Below, in pieces: positions 1 to 10,268 of a stretch of 42,871 nucleotides of DNA. The stretch is from an uncultured Candidatus Saccharibacteria bacterium. GTDB lineage: Bacteria; Patescibacteriota; Minisyncoccia; Minisyncoccales; CG1-02-41-26. Position 1 is the stretch's first letter. Each line of letters starts with the position of its first letter. The notes beneath the pieces were generated by a model that worked only from the letters and a program-made list of their open reading frames with translations, was not told the origin of the DNA and did no database searches. The stretch is taken from the NCBI GenBank assembly GCA_964450565.1, contig CAYVCP010000001.1, forward strand, positions 15,073 through 57,943, in the 5' to 3' direction. The position numbers and the translations under genes were made by a program.

Positions 1-150
1 ATGATTAATCGTGATTGGATTACCTTATACAAGAAAGAGCTGGGGGTTGAATGGAGATTAGATAAAACTCATTTTACTGAATATACTTTATTAAGTTTTC
101 AAGAAGAACTGAAATGTGCTGGTTTGATGATAAAAGAGTATTCTGTTTAG
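1..150 (+). CDS. partial CDS (3' end only, 49 codons + TAG); possibly the C-terminal tail of a class I SAM-dependent methyltransferase
   Basis: Frame 1 is open from the window edge to TAG at 148-150 (...HFTEYTLLSFQEELKCAGLMIKEYSV*). The tail resembles methyltransferase C-termini but is too short to be sure. Confidence 0.3.
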   Translation: MINRDWITLYKKELGVEWRLDKTHFTEYTLLSFQEELKCAGLMIKEYSV

Positions 151-182
151 TTTGGGGAGATTTGGGCAATTGTTAAAACAAT

Positions 183-1142
183 ATGAAAAAAAAGATATTT
201 ATTACAGGTATAGCTGGATTTATTGGCTCTCATTTAGCTGAGTATTGTTTACATAAAGGAGCTCTTGTTTCGGGTACTATTTTAGAAAAAGAAGATACAA
301 AAAATATTGATAACATCAAAGATCAAGTCAGTCTTTTTAAATGCGATTTGACCAATAAAAAAAGAACGAAGCAAGTTTTAGGAGAAATTAAGCCAGACAT
401 TATATTTCATTTAGCAGGACAAAGTTCCATTGCTCTTTCTTTTAAACATCCAGACAAAACATTATTGGTTAATATCTTTTCAACACTTAACATTTTAGAA
501 TCTTCCAAAGAATTAAATATAAATCCCATAATTCAAATTGCAGGTTCTGCAGCAGAGTATGGTTTAATAAAAAAAGAAGAATTACCAATTAAGGAAAACG
601 TTCCTTTAGTCCCCTTATCTCCTTATGCTGTTTCTAAGGTTACTCAAGAAATGTTGGCTTTACAGTATTATAAAACAAATGATTCTAAAATTATTATAAC
701 AAGATTTTTTAATATTGAAGGTGCAAGGAAAGATCATTCTGCTGTTTCTTCTTTTGCTCAACAAATTGCTTTAATTGAAAAAGGAAACAAAGCAGAAATC
801 TGTGTTGGCAATTTAGATGCTATCCGTGATTTTGTGGATATTGATGATTTAATAAAAGCTTTGTGGGTTTGTGTAGTAAAATGTGATTTTGGAGAAAGTT
901 ATAATATCGGAACAGGAAGGGGATATAAAATAAGAGATGTGTTAGACATGCTAATATCGTTATCTAAAAATAGAGATATTCAGATTAAACAAACCGAAGA
1001 AAGAATAAGGTCAAATGATGTGCCTGTTCTTATCTCTGATTCTACAAAATTTAAAAAAAAGACAGACTGGATACCAAAAACTGGTTTAAAAACAACATTA
1101 AAAAAGGTGCTAAATCATTATAGATATGAGACAAAAGATTAA
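183..1142 (+). CDS. rmd: NAD(P)-dependent SDR epimerase/dehydratase, most like GDP-4-dehydro-6-deoxy-D-mannose reductase (Rmd-like)
   Basis: N-terminal Rossmann motif ITGIAGFIGSHL and catalytic SPYAVSK (YxxxK). The HLAGQ, RFFNIEG and GNLDAIRDFVDIDD blocks parallel Rmd as I recall it. A gmd gene lies 2 kb downstream in the same operon. Confidence 0.55.
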   Translation: MKKKIFITGIAGFIGSHLAEYCLHKGALVSGTILEKEDTKNIDNIKDQVSLFKCDLTNKKRTKQVLGEIKPDIIFHLAGQSSIALSFKHPDKTLLVNIFSTLNILESSKELNINPIIQIAGSAAEYGLIKKEELPIKENVPLVPLSPYAVSKVTQEMLALQYYKTNDSKIIITRFFNIEGARKDHSAVSSFAQQIALIEKGNKAEICVGNLDAIRDFVDIDDLIKALWVCVVKCDFGESYNIGTGRGYKIRDVLDMLISLSKNRDIQIKQTEERIRSNDVPVLISDSTKFKKKTDWIPKTGLKTTLKKVLNHYRYETKD

Positions 1143-2172
1143 TAAAATATTTGATTCTATAAGTAATGTATTCTTGAACGATAAATATGATTTGTCCTAT
1201 ATCGCAGAAAGTAGGGATTGGGTTATTGGGCAACTAGGCAGGGAGATAACTAATAATTTGAACTCTTTAAAAATGATAAAATCTAGAATGACTCTCTCTT
1301 CTTTTGGTTTAAGGAATCAGATTGTGCACTTTGGGTCTCCTCATATTTTTTTAAAAGACAATGGGGTTTGTCATATTGATAAAACAAATAAATATGTTTT
1401 AAGCTGGTTTCATATAGTTCCTGGGAATAGGAGAAATAAAAATATTATAGAAGGACAAAAACATTTAAGTTTTATCCATACTGCTTGTTATTCTACTAAA
1501 AAAGAATTAGTTAATCTTGGGGTAAAAGAAAATAAAATTATTGTTATTCCATTGGGGATTAATTTATCATTATTTAAACCATCCTTGAATAAGGGGTTAG
1601 ATTTACCAAAAGATAAAATAATCATAGGATCTTTTCAAAAAGATGGCATAGGGTGGAAAGAAGGACTAGAACCAAAAATGGTAAAAGGACCCGATATTTT
1701 TGTTAAGGTTGTTTCAGAATTAAATAAAATACACCCTGTCTTTGTTCTTTTGGTCGGTCCCTCAAGAGGATATGTAACAAAAGAGCTCGGAAAGAGGGGT
1801 ATTCCCTACAAAAGTATCGGATTTTTAAGAGATTTTAGAGACATTGTACAATACTATCAGGCTTTAGATCTATACTTGATAACCTCAAGAATAGAAGGAG
1901 GACCAAGAGCTATATTAGAATCTTGGGCTACAAAAGTTCCTCTTGTTTCCACAAAAGTAGGTATGGTTCCAGATATTGCAGAAAATGGTTTAAATGCTCT
2001 TTTGACTGAAGTTGAAGATGTTGGTGAGATTATAAGTAAAGCGAAAATGATTATTGAGAATAAGAATTTAAGAGAAAGTTTAATAAACAATGGATTTGAA
2101 GCTGTACAAAATTATTCTTTAGAAAAGACTACAAAGAGATTTTTTAATGAAATTTATTCAAAGCTTTTATGA
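1126..2172 (+). CDS. GT-B fold glycosyltransferase (GT4-like)
   Basis: C-terminal donor-binding block SRIEGGPRAILESWATKVPLVSTKVGMVPD (E-x7-E type). The start overlaps the upstream stop by 17 nt. Confidence 0.7.
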   Translation: MRQKINKIFDSISNVFLNDKYDLSYIAESRDWVIGQLGREITNNLNSLKMIKSRMTLSSFGLRNQIVHFGSPHIFLKDNGVCHIDKTNKYVLSWFHIVPGNRRNKNIIEGQKHLSFIHTACYSTKKELVNLGVKENKIIVIPLGINLSLFKPSLNKGLDLPKDKIIIGSFQKDGIGWKEGLEPKMVKGPDIFVKVVSELNKIHPVFVLLVGPSRGYVTKELGKRGIPYKSIGFLRDFRDIVQYYQALDLYLITSRIEGGPRAILESWATKVPLVSTKVGMVPDIAENGLNALLTEVEDVGEIISKAKMIIENKNLRESLINNGFEAVQNYSLEKTTKRFFNEIYSKLL

Positions 2173-3170
2173 AAATTCATATTTTATTTCAATTTAAGCA
2201 TGGTCCTTTTGGCGGAGGAAACCAGTTTTTGAGAGTACTAAAAGAAGAATTTAAAAAGATGGGAGTTTATGAAGAAAGAAAAGAAAGGGCTGATGCTATT
2301 CTTTTTAATAGTCATCATCATCTAAAGCAGGCTTTTTGCTTAAAAAATAAATTTCCTAAAAAAGTTTTTATTCATAGAATTGATGGACCAATCTTTAATT
2401 ATAGAAAGAAAGAGAAATTTTTTGATAAGGCTATTTTTGATATAAATAAACTTTTGGCTGACATAACTGTTTTTCAATCGCTATGGTGCTTTAAAGAAAA
2501 TAAAAAGTATTTTTCTTATCCTAGTGACAGTAAAATTATCTTAAATGCTGGAGATCCTATTTTTAATCAGCAAGGGAAAAAACCATTTGATCAAAATAAA
2601 ATAAAACTAATTGCTGTGAGTTGGTCTTCTAATTGGTTAAAAGGATTTGATATTTATAAGTATTTAGATGAAAATCTTAATTTCTCAAAATATGAAATGA
2701 GTTTTGTAGGTAATACCCCTATAAAGTTTAAAAATATTAAGACAATACCACCTGTATGTTCCGAGGAATTATCAAAAATTCTTAAACAATATGATATTTT
2801 TATCCAAGCAAGTAAAACAGAGGCTTGTTCTAATGCATTAATAGAAGGTATCTCGTCTGGATTGCCAGTAGTTGCTTTCAATGCAACGAGTAATCCAGAA
2901 GTTGTTAATAAAGGAGGGGAGTTGTTTAACTCAAAGGAAGATGTTATAGATAAGATAGAAAAAGTTGTTAAAAATTATAAATATTATCAAGATAATTTAC
3001 CAATTTTTTCTATTAAAGATAAGGCAGAAGAATATTACAATATTATTTTAGGTTATCAAAATATTAACAATAAAAAGATTAATTTTACTAAAAAGTTAAA
3101 GTTTTTGATCCTAGAAGCAATTGTTTTAATTCATAAAATAATAAATAAAATATGTCTAAAAAAGCATTAA
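2169..3170 (+). CDS. GT-B fold glycosyltransferase (GT4/GT1-like)
   Basis: Block [30 protein letters not shown] is typical of the GT4 C-terminal domain. ATGA overlap with the upstream gene. Confidence 0.55.
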   Translation: MKIHILFQFKHGPFGGGNQFLRVLKEEFKKMGVYEERKERADAILFNSHHHLKQAFCLKNKFPKKVFIHRIDGPIFNYRKKEKFFDKAIFDINKLLADITVFQSLWCFKENKKYFSYPSDSKIILNAGDPIFNQQGKKPFDQNKIKLIAVSWSSNWLKGFDIYKYLDENLNFSKYEMSFVGNTPIKFKNIKTIPPVCSEELSKILKQYDIFIQASKTEACSNALIEGISSGLPVVAFNATSNPEVVNKGGELFNSKEDVIDKIEKVVKNYKYYQDNLPIFSIKDKAEEYYNIILGYQNINNKKINFTKKLKFLILEAIVLIHKIINKICLKKH

Positions 3171-4192
3171 TCACCGGTATTACCGGACAAGACGGTTCTT
3201 ATTTAGCTGAGTTTTTATTAGCTAAGGGATATGAAGTTTATGGGGTTAAAAGAAGATCTGCTTCTTTTAATGAAGAAAGAATTTCACATATTAAAAATGA
3301 TAATTTTCATCTTTATTATGGAGATATGACAGATACGGGAAACTTAATAAGTATGATGCAAGAAATAAAGCCAGATGAGGTTTATAATCTGGCTGCTCAA
3401 AGTCATGTTGGAACTTCTTGGAAAATACCAGAATATACAGCAAATGTGGATGGTGTAGGTGTTTTAAGAATATTAGAAGCCATAAGGTCTCTGGGTCTTA
3501 AAAGCAAGTTTTATCAGGCTTCAACAAGTGAACTTTTTGCTGGAGAGGCAAAAGAAGGATTTTTAAAAGAATCAACCCCTTTTCATCCTCAAAGCCCTTA
3601 TGCTATAGCAAAGTTATTTGGCTATTGGACTGTGAGAGCATATAGAGATGCTTATAATATTTTTGCTTGTAATGGTATTCTTTTTAATCACGAGTCACCA
3701 AGAAGAGGAGAAAATTTTGTTACTAGGAAAATAACCTTAGCTGCTTCTAGAATACATTTTGGTTTACAAGAAAAGCTTTTTTTAGGAAATTTAGACGCTA
3801 AAAGAGACTGGGGCTATGCAAAAGATTACGTAGAAATGATGTGGCTTATGTTACAGGCAGAAAAACCAGATGATTATGTTATAGCAACAGGAGAGAATCA
3901 TTCTGTAAAGGAATTTTGCGAAATAGCCTTTAAAGAAGCGGGCATAGAACTCGTATGGAAAGGAGAGGGTATGTTAAAAAAAGGGATTGATAAAAAAACA
4001 AATCAAATAGTTATTGAAGTGGATCCTAAATTCTTTAGACCCGTTGAAGTAGCCTCTCTTTTAGGAGATGCCACGAAAGCAAAGAAAGAGTTAGAATGGT
4101 TTCCCAAAACAAGTTTTTCTGATTTAGTGAAAATAATGGTTAAATCCGATTTAGAAAAAGCAAAGAAAGAGTTTAATGCTAAATCATATTAG
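3152..4192 (+). CDS. gmd: GDP-mannose 4,6-dehydratase
   Basis: [40 protein letters not shown]..., SPYAIAKL (YxxxK), [17 protein letters not shown] and [17 protein letters not shown] are hallmark Gmd blocks. The 346 aa length is typical. Confidence 0.92.
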   Translation: MSKKALITGITGQDGSYLAEFLLAKGYEVYGVKRRSASFNEERISHIKNDNFHLYYGDMTDTGNLISMMQEIKPDEVYNLAAQSHVGTSWKIPEYTANVDGVGVLRILEAIRSLGLKSKFYQASTSELFAGEAKEGFLKESTPFHPQSPYAIAKLFGYWTVRAYRDAYNIFACNGILFNHESPRRGENFVTRKITLAASRIHFGLQEKLFLGNLDAKRDWGYAKDYVEMMWLMLQAEKPDDYVIATGENHSVKEFCEIAFKEAGIELVWKGEGMLKKGIDKKTNQIVIEVDPKFFRPVEVASLLGDATKAKKELEWFPKTSFSDLVKIMVKSDLEKAKKEFNAKSY

Positions 4193-4772
4193 AAAAACTT
4201 ACCATAGAAATATCTTAGAGGAATTTCTAAAAAAAGAAGCTTCTTTGATAGAGGGTAGTGTTTTGGATGTTGGCTCTCAAAAAAGAAAATATGATCATTT
4301 GTTCTCTGGTAAAGTTTTTGCTTGTGATATAAATGCAGATGAAAAATTAAATATTGAAAAACAAAATGTTGTATCTTTAAGTTATCAAGACAATGCCTTT
4401 GATAATGTAATTTGTTTAGAGGTTCTTGAATATTTAGAAGTTTATGATTTTAAGAAAGCTCTTTCTGAATTAAAAAGAGTTGCCAAGAAAAGTTGTTTAA
4501 TTACCATACCTTTTTATTATAAAGATCATAAGGATAATTTTAGAGTTACTTTTTCTTATTTAGAAAAAATACTTAATGACATGAATGTATCTTATGAAAT
4601 AAAAAAGATAGGCAATAGATTTACGAGCTCTTATGATGCAACTAGATATTCTTTTCTTGAAAGACGAATTGTTTTCCCGGTACTTTTATTTAAGTTCGTC
4701 ATGATCAAACTATTTTCTTTACATAAAATAGAAGATGATTTTTATTCTGGTTTATTTATCAAAGTTCTATGA
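4176..4772 (+). CDS. class I SAM-dependent methyltransferase
   Basis: Motif I-like VLDVGSQ and [13 protein letters not shown] (Methyltransf_11-type post-I/II region). Sits inside a glycan operon. Confidence 0.5.
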   Translation: MLNHIRKTYHRNILEEFLKKEASLIEGSVLDVGSQKRKYDHLFSGKVFACDINADEKLNIEKQNVVSLSYQDNAFDNVICLEVLEYLEVYDFKKALSELKRVAKKSCLITIPFYYKDHKDNFRVTFSYLEKILNDMNVSYEIKKIGNRFTSSYDATRYSFLERRIVFPVLLFKFVMIKLFSLHKIEDDFYSGLFIKVL

Positions 4773-5560
4773 ATTTTTATGAAAAAAAGTATAAAAGAAT
4801 AGTGGTTATTGATAGGAAAGCTGATTCTAATTTTTGGGATAGTCATTGGGACAAAGAAAATTTATCAACAATGATGACAAGAGGGGGTAGTCGTATTGTA
4901 AATAAATTTACAAAAAGATTCTTAAAGAAGGGTTCTAGGATATTAGAGGGGGGGTGTGGAACAGGAAAAAATGTTTATAACTTAAATAAATTAGGATATG
5001 ATTGTTATGGTGTAGATTTTGCTAAAAAGACAGTAGAGAGAATAAAACACTATTTTCCTAATTTAAAAGTGTCTGAACAGGATTTGAATCATCTCTGTTT
5101 CCCTGATAATTATTTTTCAGGGTACTGGTCTCTAGGGGTCATAGAACATAATTTTACAGGATATGAAGACATGATCAAAGAGGCTAGTAGAGTTTTAAAA
5201 CCAGCAGGCTATTTGTTTTTAAGTTTTCCCCACATGTCACTTTTGAGAAAAATAAAAGCACATTTTGGTTGTTACCCTAATTTTAATGGAGAAAACGGTT
5301 TTTATGAATTTATTTTAGACGATAATCAAGTTGAAAAATGTGTTAAAAATCAAGGTTTTTCACTTATTTCCCAACATTCCTTGGACGCTGTGAAGGGAAT
5401 TAAAGACGAAATCAGTATACTCAGACCCTTTTTAAGGTTATTATATAAAAATAGAAGTTTGTTTGCTCGGGGTACGCGTTATATAATCTCTACCTTCTTT
5501 GCTTTTTTAGTTGGGCATTCTAAATTAATGATTTTTCAAAAAAATGATATTAAGAATTGA
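4769..5560 (+). CDS. class I SAM-dependent methyltransferase
   Basis: Motif I ILEGGCGTGKN, then YGVDFAKKTVE, then LKPAGYLFLSFP. Confidence 0.7.
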   Translation: MNFYEKKYKRIVVIDRKADSNFWDSHWDKENLSTMMTRGGSRIVNKFTKRFLKKGSRILEGGCGTGKNVYNLNKLGYDCYGVDFAKKTVERIKHYFPNLKVSEQDLNHLCFPDNYFSGYWSLGVIEHNFTGYEDMIKEASRVLKPAGYLFLSFPHMSLLRKIKAHFGCYPNFNGENGFYEFILDDNQVEKCVKNQGFSLISQHSLDAVKGIKDEISILRPFLRLLYKNRSLFARGTRYIISTFFAFLVGHSKLMIFQKNDIKN

Positions 5561-6296
5561 TGACATTGGGGCTTCAACTAAAACTTTTAACCAGTATGGA
5601 AAAAAAGTTTTTTATATTAGTAATATTCCTGTCTTTTATTTTCCTTTAGCTAATTTCTGGTTTTTCAAAAAAGTGTGGCCCTTTAAAGGGTGGGGTCCTT
5701 ATAAGGAGCTGTTAAAAGAAGAATGGCTAAGCTATCTTGAGGTTTTTAAAGAATATCAAATAAAACCAATTATTGCTATTACTGCTTGTTGGTGCGAAAA
5801 AGATTCTTCTCTGACTCCTTTTTTTGAGAAGTTTCCTGAACAATCAAGTTTATTGAAAAAAGCCTTTTTAAACGATGATATTATAATTGCTAACCATGGT
5901 TTAAGTCATTGTGTTATTGGAAAGCATCTACCTTTGTTTTTTGGTTCTAATAGAAGGTATCATAGAGAGTTTTGGCCTTATCTCACGGAAAAGACACATT
6001 TTTTTCATATTTTAAAATCCCAAAAGATTTTAGAAGATTTTTTTGAAAAACAAATTGAAATTTTTGTTCCACCTGGTAATATATGGAGTCATAAAACATA
6101 TGAAGTATTAAAAAAAACTAATATAAAAAAGGTTATAGCCAATAGATATATGGCAGACTCAGAAGAGGATATGATAGGAATTGATTTTATCGATGACAGA
6201 GAGGATTTTGCCATAATGCACGATAGAGATTTAAAATTAAAGGGAGTAAAGTATCTTAAAAATGTACTCAAAAAATTTACAAAAAAAGATAATTGA
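5544..6296 (+). CDS. polysaccharide deacetylase-like (NodB/DUF2334-type) protein
   Basis: LRIDDIG (Asp-Asp motif) and ANHGLSHC (H-x3-H-like metal motif). Assignment is tentative. Confidence 0.35.
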   Translation: MILRIDDIGASTKTFNQYGKKVFYISNIPVFYFPLANFWFFKKVWPFKGWGPYKELLKEEWLSYLEVFKEYQIKPIIAITACWCEKDSSLTPFFEKFPEQSSLLKKAFLNDDIIIANHGLSHCVIGKHLPLFFGSNRRYHREFWPYLTEKTHFFHILKSQKILEDFFEKQIEIFVPPGNIWSHKTYEVLKKTNIKKVIANRYMADSEEDMIGIDFIDDREDFAIMHDRDLKLKGVKYLKNVLKKFTKKDN

Positions 6297-6984
6297 ATAT
6301 TATACCTCTTATTATAAGTCTTGTGGCTTGAAAGATTTTGAAGAAAGAGCGAAAGCAAGATTGAGAGAAGAAGATTTAGAACTAGAGAGAATGAAAAAAC
6401 TTGAAAAGATTTTACACAAAAACTTTACGAAAAAAAAGCATTTTATTTTTGGTGCAGGCACCGCAGGCTTAGCTGTCGTTTTAAAAGAACAATATGATGC
6501 TGATGTCTATGGTATAGAACCATCAACCGAAGAGTTTAATATTATTCAAATGAAATTAAAGGAAAGGGGTATTGCTCTTTCAAACTTTAGAAAGGAATAT
6601 GGAGAAAAACTATCCTTTTTTAATGAACAATTTGATTTTGTTCATTGTTTTACGGTCTTAGAGCATGTTACTAATGTAAGAAAATGTATTGAAGAAATGG
6701 TAAGAATTACAAAAAAAGGGGGGGTTATTTATATTAATACTCCTAATTATGCTTTTCCCGAAGAAAGACATTATAAAATTAGATTTCCTTTTCCACCAGC
6801 CTATATGCCGAGAATATTCTCTTATTTTTATCTAATGTTAAGACAAAGACCGTATAAGTTTTTAAGGAGCATTAACTTTTTAACCGAGAGAAAATTAGAG
6901 AAATATTTAAAAGAAGTAAAGGGGATTCAATGGGAAAGAATAGGAAAAAAGCATAATCAAGAAATAATAATTAAAAAACAATGA
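6262..6984 (+). CDS. class I SAM-dependent methyltransferase
   Basis: IFGAGTAGLAVVL (motif I), VYGIEPS, FDFVHCFTVLEHV, GGVIYINTPN. Confidence 0.65.
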   Translation: MYSKNLQKKIIEYYTSYYKSCGLKDFEERAKARLREEDLELERMKKLEKILHKNFTKKKHFIFGAGTAGLAVVLKEQYDADVYGIEPSTEEFNIIQMKLKERGIALSNFRKEYGEKLSFFNEQFDFVHCFTVLEHVTNVRKCIEEMVRITKKGGVIYINTPNYAFPEERHYKIRFPFPPAYMPRIFSYFYLMLRQRPYKFLRSINFLTERKLEKYLKEVKGIQWERIGKKHNQEIIIKKQ

Positions 6985-8195
6985 AAATAGCTTTTATAAT
7001 TTATAGAGACGCTTATTACAAGCATTTTGGACCTATTATCACAGAGGCCTTGAAAAGAAACCATGACATTTTTTGTTTACACGATTACTCACAATCAAAG
7101 GATGGATTAAAGGGATATCAATTTCCCAGTATTGAAAAAATGCCAAATTTTAAAGGTAACGTAAAAGCAATATCGTTTCTTAATAGAGATGATTTATTGA
7201 AAAAGATAAAAGAAAACAATATTGAAACTGTTATTTTACTAGAATTCTTAGAAGAACATATAGCCTTAAAAAAACAACTAAACATTTCTTTTGTTTCTTT
7301 ACAGTGCGTATATGACACTATGACTCATTACCAGTTCATAAAAGAAGCTGATAGGTATTTTTTCTATTCTGAAAATTGGTTTTCTATCATTCAAAAATAT
7401 TTAGAAGAAAAGAAGCAAATACTTGATAGAAAAAATATTAGATTTACTGGTAGTCCAGAGCTAGATCAAGTTTTTAAGATTGACAAACAAGAGATGAAAA
7501 AAAAGTTTAATATTCCTCAAGATCAAAAAGTAGTTTTATTGTTACCCTTTCCTTTTAAGGCTTCTTCTGATAGGTTTTGGGCTCCTATTATATATGGAAA
7601 GAGTAATTTTATCTTACAATTATTTATATCTATTTTTTCTTTTAAATTAAGATTTATCAAGCAAGTTATTAAAAGACAGAATGATAAAAAAGTCATAGAA
7701 AAAATTAGAGAATTTTGTGACAAAAATGATGCTTATCTTTTAGTTAAAGCAAGAAAAAAAGAGCCTGTTAGAAAGTATTTGAAAAAGTTAGCAGATCAAA
7801 TAATATACGACGAAAGCTATTATCCTGCTACTATTTTAGAGTGTATGAAAATGTCGGACATTTGTTTAAGCTTTTATTCTTCTGCTGTAATTGAGGCTAG
7901 TGCTTGTGCTGTTCCTAATCTATGTATTACTCCTTCAGGAAAAGACTATAAGAATTTAAAAACTGATATGTGGAAGGTTATACTTGAGTACCAAAAAGAA
8001 ATATTTAATTTCCATGGTGTTTCTTACAAAATGAGTATTCCAGAGATTATTAAAGATATGCCACTAAAGTCTTTCTCAGACTTTCCTGTAATTAATGAAA
8101 AAAGGAGAGAGTATCTTGAAAAATTTCTTCCTTTTTTAGGTAAATCTTCTGAGAAAATTCTTGATGAGATTGAAAATATGGCAAGAATAGTTTAA
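6981..8195 (+). CDS. hypothetical protein, possibly a GT-B/TagF-like transferase
   Basis: 404 aa ORF coupled by ATGA to the upstream gene. The C-terminal half (VVLLLPFPF..., LLVKARKKEP..., SFYSSAVIEASACAVP) loosely resembles CDP-glycerol glycerophosphotransferase-like or capsule transferases. No firm motif was found. Confidence 0.3.
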   Translation: MKIAFIIYRDAYYKHFGPIITEALKRNHDIFCLHDYSQSKDGLKGYQFPSIEKMPNFKGNVKAISFLNRDDLLKKIKENNIETVILLEFLEEHIALKKQLNISFVSLQCVYDTMTHYQFIKEADRYFFYSENWFSIIQKYLEEKKQILDRKNIRFTGSPELDQVFKIDKQEMKKKFNIPQDQKVVLLLPFPFKASSDRFWAPIIYGKSNFILQLFISIFSFKLRFIKQVIKRQNDKKVIEKIREFCDKNDAYLLVKARKKEPVRKYLKKLADQIIYDESYYPATILECMKMSDICLSFYSSAVIEASACAVPNLCITPSGKDYKNLKTDMWKVILEYQKEIFNFHGVSYKMSIPEIIKDMPLKSFSDFPVINEKRREYLEKFLPFLGKSSEKILDEIENMARIV

Positions 8196-8205
8196 AATTA
8201 AACAT

Positions 8206-9171
8206 ATGAGTTTAAAAAATAAAACAATTTTATTGACTGGGGGAGTTGGTTCTTTCGGAAAAAAGTTTGTTTCAATAGCTTTAAAAGAGCACGATCCTTA
8301 TTCTATTAGGGTATATGATATTAATGAATTAGGACTTGTGGAAATGAGAAGACATTTTAAAGACAAAAGATTAAGATTTCTTATTGGAGACGTAAGAGAT
8401 AAAAATAGATTGAAAAGAGCTATGAATAATGTTGATATTGTGGTGCATGCTGCTGCTTTAAAACATGTTGATATGTGTGAATATAATCCCATTGAAGCTG
8501 TTCGGACAAATATAGAAGGAGCAATGAATGTTGTTGACGCTGCTATTGATAATAATGTTGCAAAAGTAATTAATATCAGCACTGATAAAGCAGCTTACCC
8601 TGTTAATCTTTATGGAGCTAGTAAAATGGTAGCTGAAAAACTTTTTATTCAAGGAAATACTTACGTTTCTGCTAATAAAGAAACTATTTTTTCTTGCACT
8701 AGGTATGGAAATGTACTCGGATCTTCTGGTAGTGTAATTCCATTATTTCAAGAACAAAAGGAACAAGGAAAACTTAAGATTACAGACGAAAATATGACTA
8801 GATTTTGGCTTAAGATAGAGGATGGGGTAAATTTTGTTATAAAAAGTATTAATATGATGAAAGGAGGAGAGATTTTTATTCCCAAAATTAAAAGTATGAA
8901 AATTATGGATTTAGCCGAAGCTATAGCTCCTGGGGTAAAAAAAGAGATTATCGGAATAAGACCAGGTGAAAAAATACATGAAGTTTTGCTTACCAAGGAA
9001 GAGGCTAGACACTCAAAGGCTTATAAGGATTATTTTGTTGTTTGTCCAGAGTTTTCTTTTTGGAAGGATGAAAAAGACAGTGGCTGTCAATTAGACTCTT
9101 CTTTTGAGTATTCTAGCGATACCAACGAAGATAAACTAGTTAAAGAAGATTTAAAGAAAATAATAAATTAA
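8206..9171 (+). CDS. pseB: UDP-N-acetylglucosamine 4,6-dehydratase (inverting), PseB/FlaA1 family
   Basis: ILLTGGVGSFGKKF, IGDVRDKNRL, VVHAAALKHVDMCEYNPIEAVRTNIEG, ISTDKAAYPVNLYGASKMVAEKLF. This is the classic CapD/PseB short form. Confidence 0.85.
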   Translation: MSLKNKTILLTGGVGSFGKKFVSIALKEHDPYSIRVYDINELGLVEMRRHFKDKRLRFLIGDVRDKNRLKRAMNNVDIVVHAAALKHVDMCEYNPIEAVRTNIEGAMNVVDAAIDNNVAKVINISTDKAAYPVNLYGASKMVAEKLFIQGNTYVSANKETIFSCTRYGNVLGSSGSVIPLFQEQKEQGKLKITDENMTRFWLKIEDGVNFVIKSINMMKGGEIFIPKIKSMKIMDLAEAIAPGVKKEIIGIRPGEKIHEVLLTKEEARHSKAYKDYFVVCPEFSFWKDEKDSGCQLDSSFEYSSDTNEDKLVKEDLKKIIN

Positions 9172-10268
9172 TGAAAAAGATTATCCCTTATGGCAAGCAA
9201 TGGATTTCAGAAGAAGATATTAAAGAAGTTGTTAAGGTATTACATACAGATTGGTTAACTTGTGGACCAGAAGTTAAAAATTTTGAACAGAAGTTAGCTT
9301 CTTATTGTAAGGCAAAATATGCTGTTTGTGTTTCTTCTGGAACAGCAGCCCTACACTCAGCTTATTATGCTATTGGTTTAGGAAAAGGCGATGAGGTTAT
9401 CACAACACCTTTAACTTTTTCAGCAACATCAATGGCTCTAGCATATGTTGGAGCAAAACCAGTATTTTGTGATGTAAAAAAGGATACTTTAAACATAGAT
9501 CCGAAAGAAATTGAAAAATCAATTACCAAAAAAACAAAAGCGATTTCTATTGTGGATTTTGCAGGTCAGCCTTGTGATTTAGACGAAATAAAAAAGATAG
9601 CAAAAAAACATAATTTATTTGTCATTGAGGACGCTTCCCATGCTATTGGATCTGATTATAAGAAAAGAAAGGTGGGCGGTATAAGTGACTTAACAATTTT
9701 TTCTTTTCATCCTGTTAAAACAATATGTACTGGAGAAGGAGGGGCCATATTAACGAATAATAAAAAGTTTTATGAAAGAATGAAGATGTTTCGTCATCAT
9801 GGCATTATTAAAAAAGATAATTGGAAATATAGTGTGGTAGATATAGGTTATAACTATAGGATTACTGATATGCAATGCGCTCTTGGAATTTCACAATTAA
9901 AAAAGATTGATTTTTTTAAAAAAAGAAGAAGAGAGATTGTTGAAATGTATAGAGATTTATTAAAAAATGAAGATATTATTTTTATTAAGGAAAAAGAAAA
10001 TGTTAAATCTTGTTGGCATATTTATCCCATTCAGTTGAAAAATAGGAAAAAAGTATTTGAATTTTTAAGAAAAAAAGGTATTTTGGTTCAAGTTCACTAT
10101 GTTCCCTTGCATTTTCAACCCTTTTATCAAAAGAAGTTTAATTATAAAGTAGGAGATTTTCCTGTTGTAGAAGAGTATTATAAAAAAGCTTTAACCTTGC
10201 CTCTTTATCCTAAGATGAAAAATACAGATGTTGAAACAGTTGTAAAAACATTAAAACAAATTTTATGA
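9171..10268 (+). CDS. pseC: DegT/DnrJ/EryC1 aminotransferase, PseC-like (UDP-4-amino-4,6-dideoxy-N-acetyl-beta-L-altrosamine transaminase)
   Basis: IPYGKQWISEEDI..., SGTAALH, and the PLP-lysine region SFHPVKTICTGEGG. The start shares one base with the pseB stop (TAATG). Confidence 0.8.
   Translation: MKKIIPYGKQWISEEDIKEVVKVLHTDWLTCGPEVKNFEQKLASYCKAKYAVCVSSGTAALHSAYYAIGLGKGDEVITTPLTFSATSMALAYVGAKPVFCDVKKDTLNIDPKEIEKSITKKTKAISIVDFAGQPCDLDEIKKIAKKHNLFVIEDASHAIGSDYKKRKVGGISDLTIFSFHPVKTICTGEGGAILTNNKKFYERMKMFRHHGIIKKDNWKYSVVDIGYNYRITDMQCALGISQLKKIDFFKKRRREIVEMYRDLLKNEDIIFIKEKENVKSCWHIYPIQLKNRKKVFEFLRKKGILVQVHYVPLHFQPFYQKKFNYKVGDFPVVEEYYKKALTLPLYPKMKNTDVETVVKTLKQIL

Noticed and set aside
8298-8996. 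Three minus-strand ORFs (8298-8582, 8458-8652, 8748-8996). The other short antisense ORFs in the track are the same kind (1051-1233, 1857-2090, 2654-2881, 6089-6358, 7118-7318, 7523-7723, 11567-11782, 14306-14518, 15627-15812, 20448-20669, 21521-21835, 26187-26543, 29057-29275, 32959-33150, 33375-33587, 34143-34385, 35638-35862, 36264-36479, 37933-38313, 38823-39041, 39252-39629, 40106-40294)
   Set aside because: All are nested antisense within strongly supported genes and have no motifs. Stop-poor antisense frames are expected in AT-rich, Lys/Glu/Ile-rich coding DNA.
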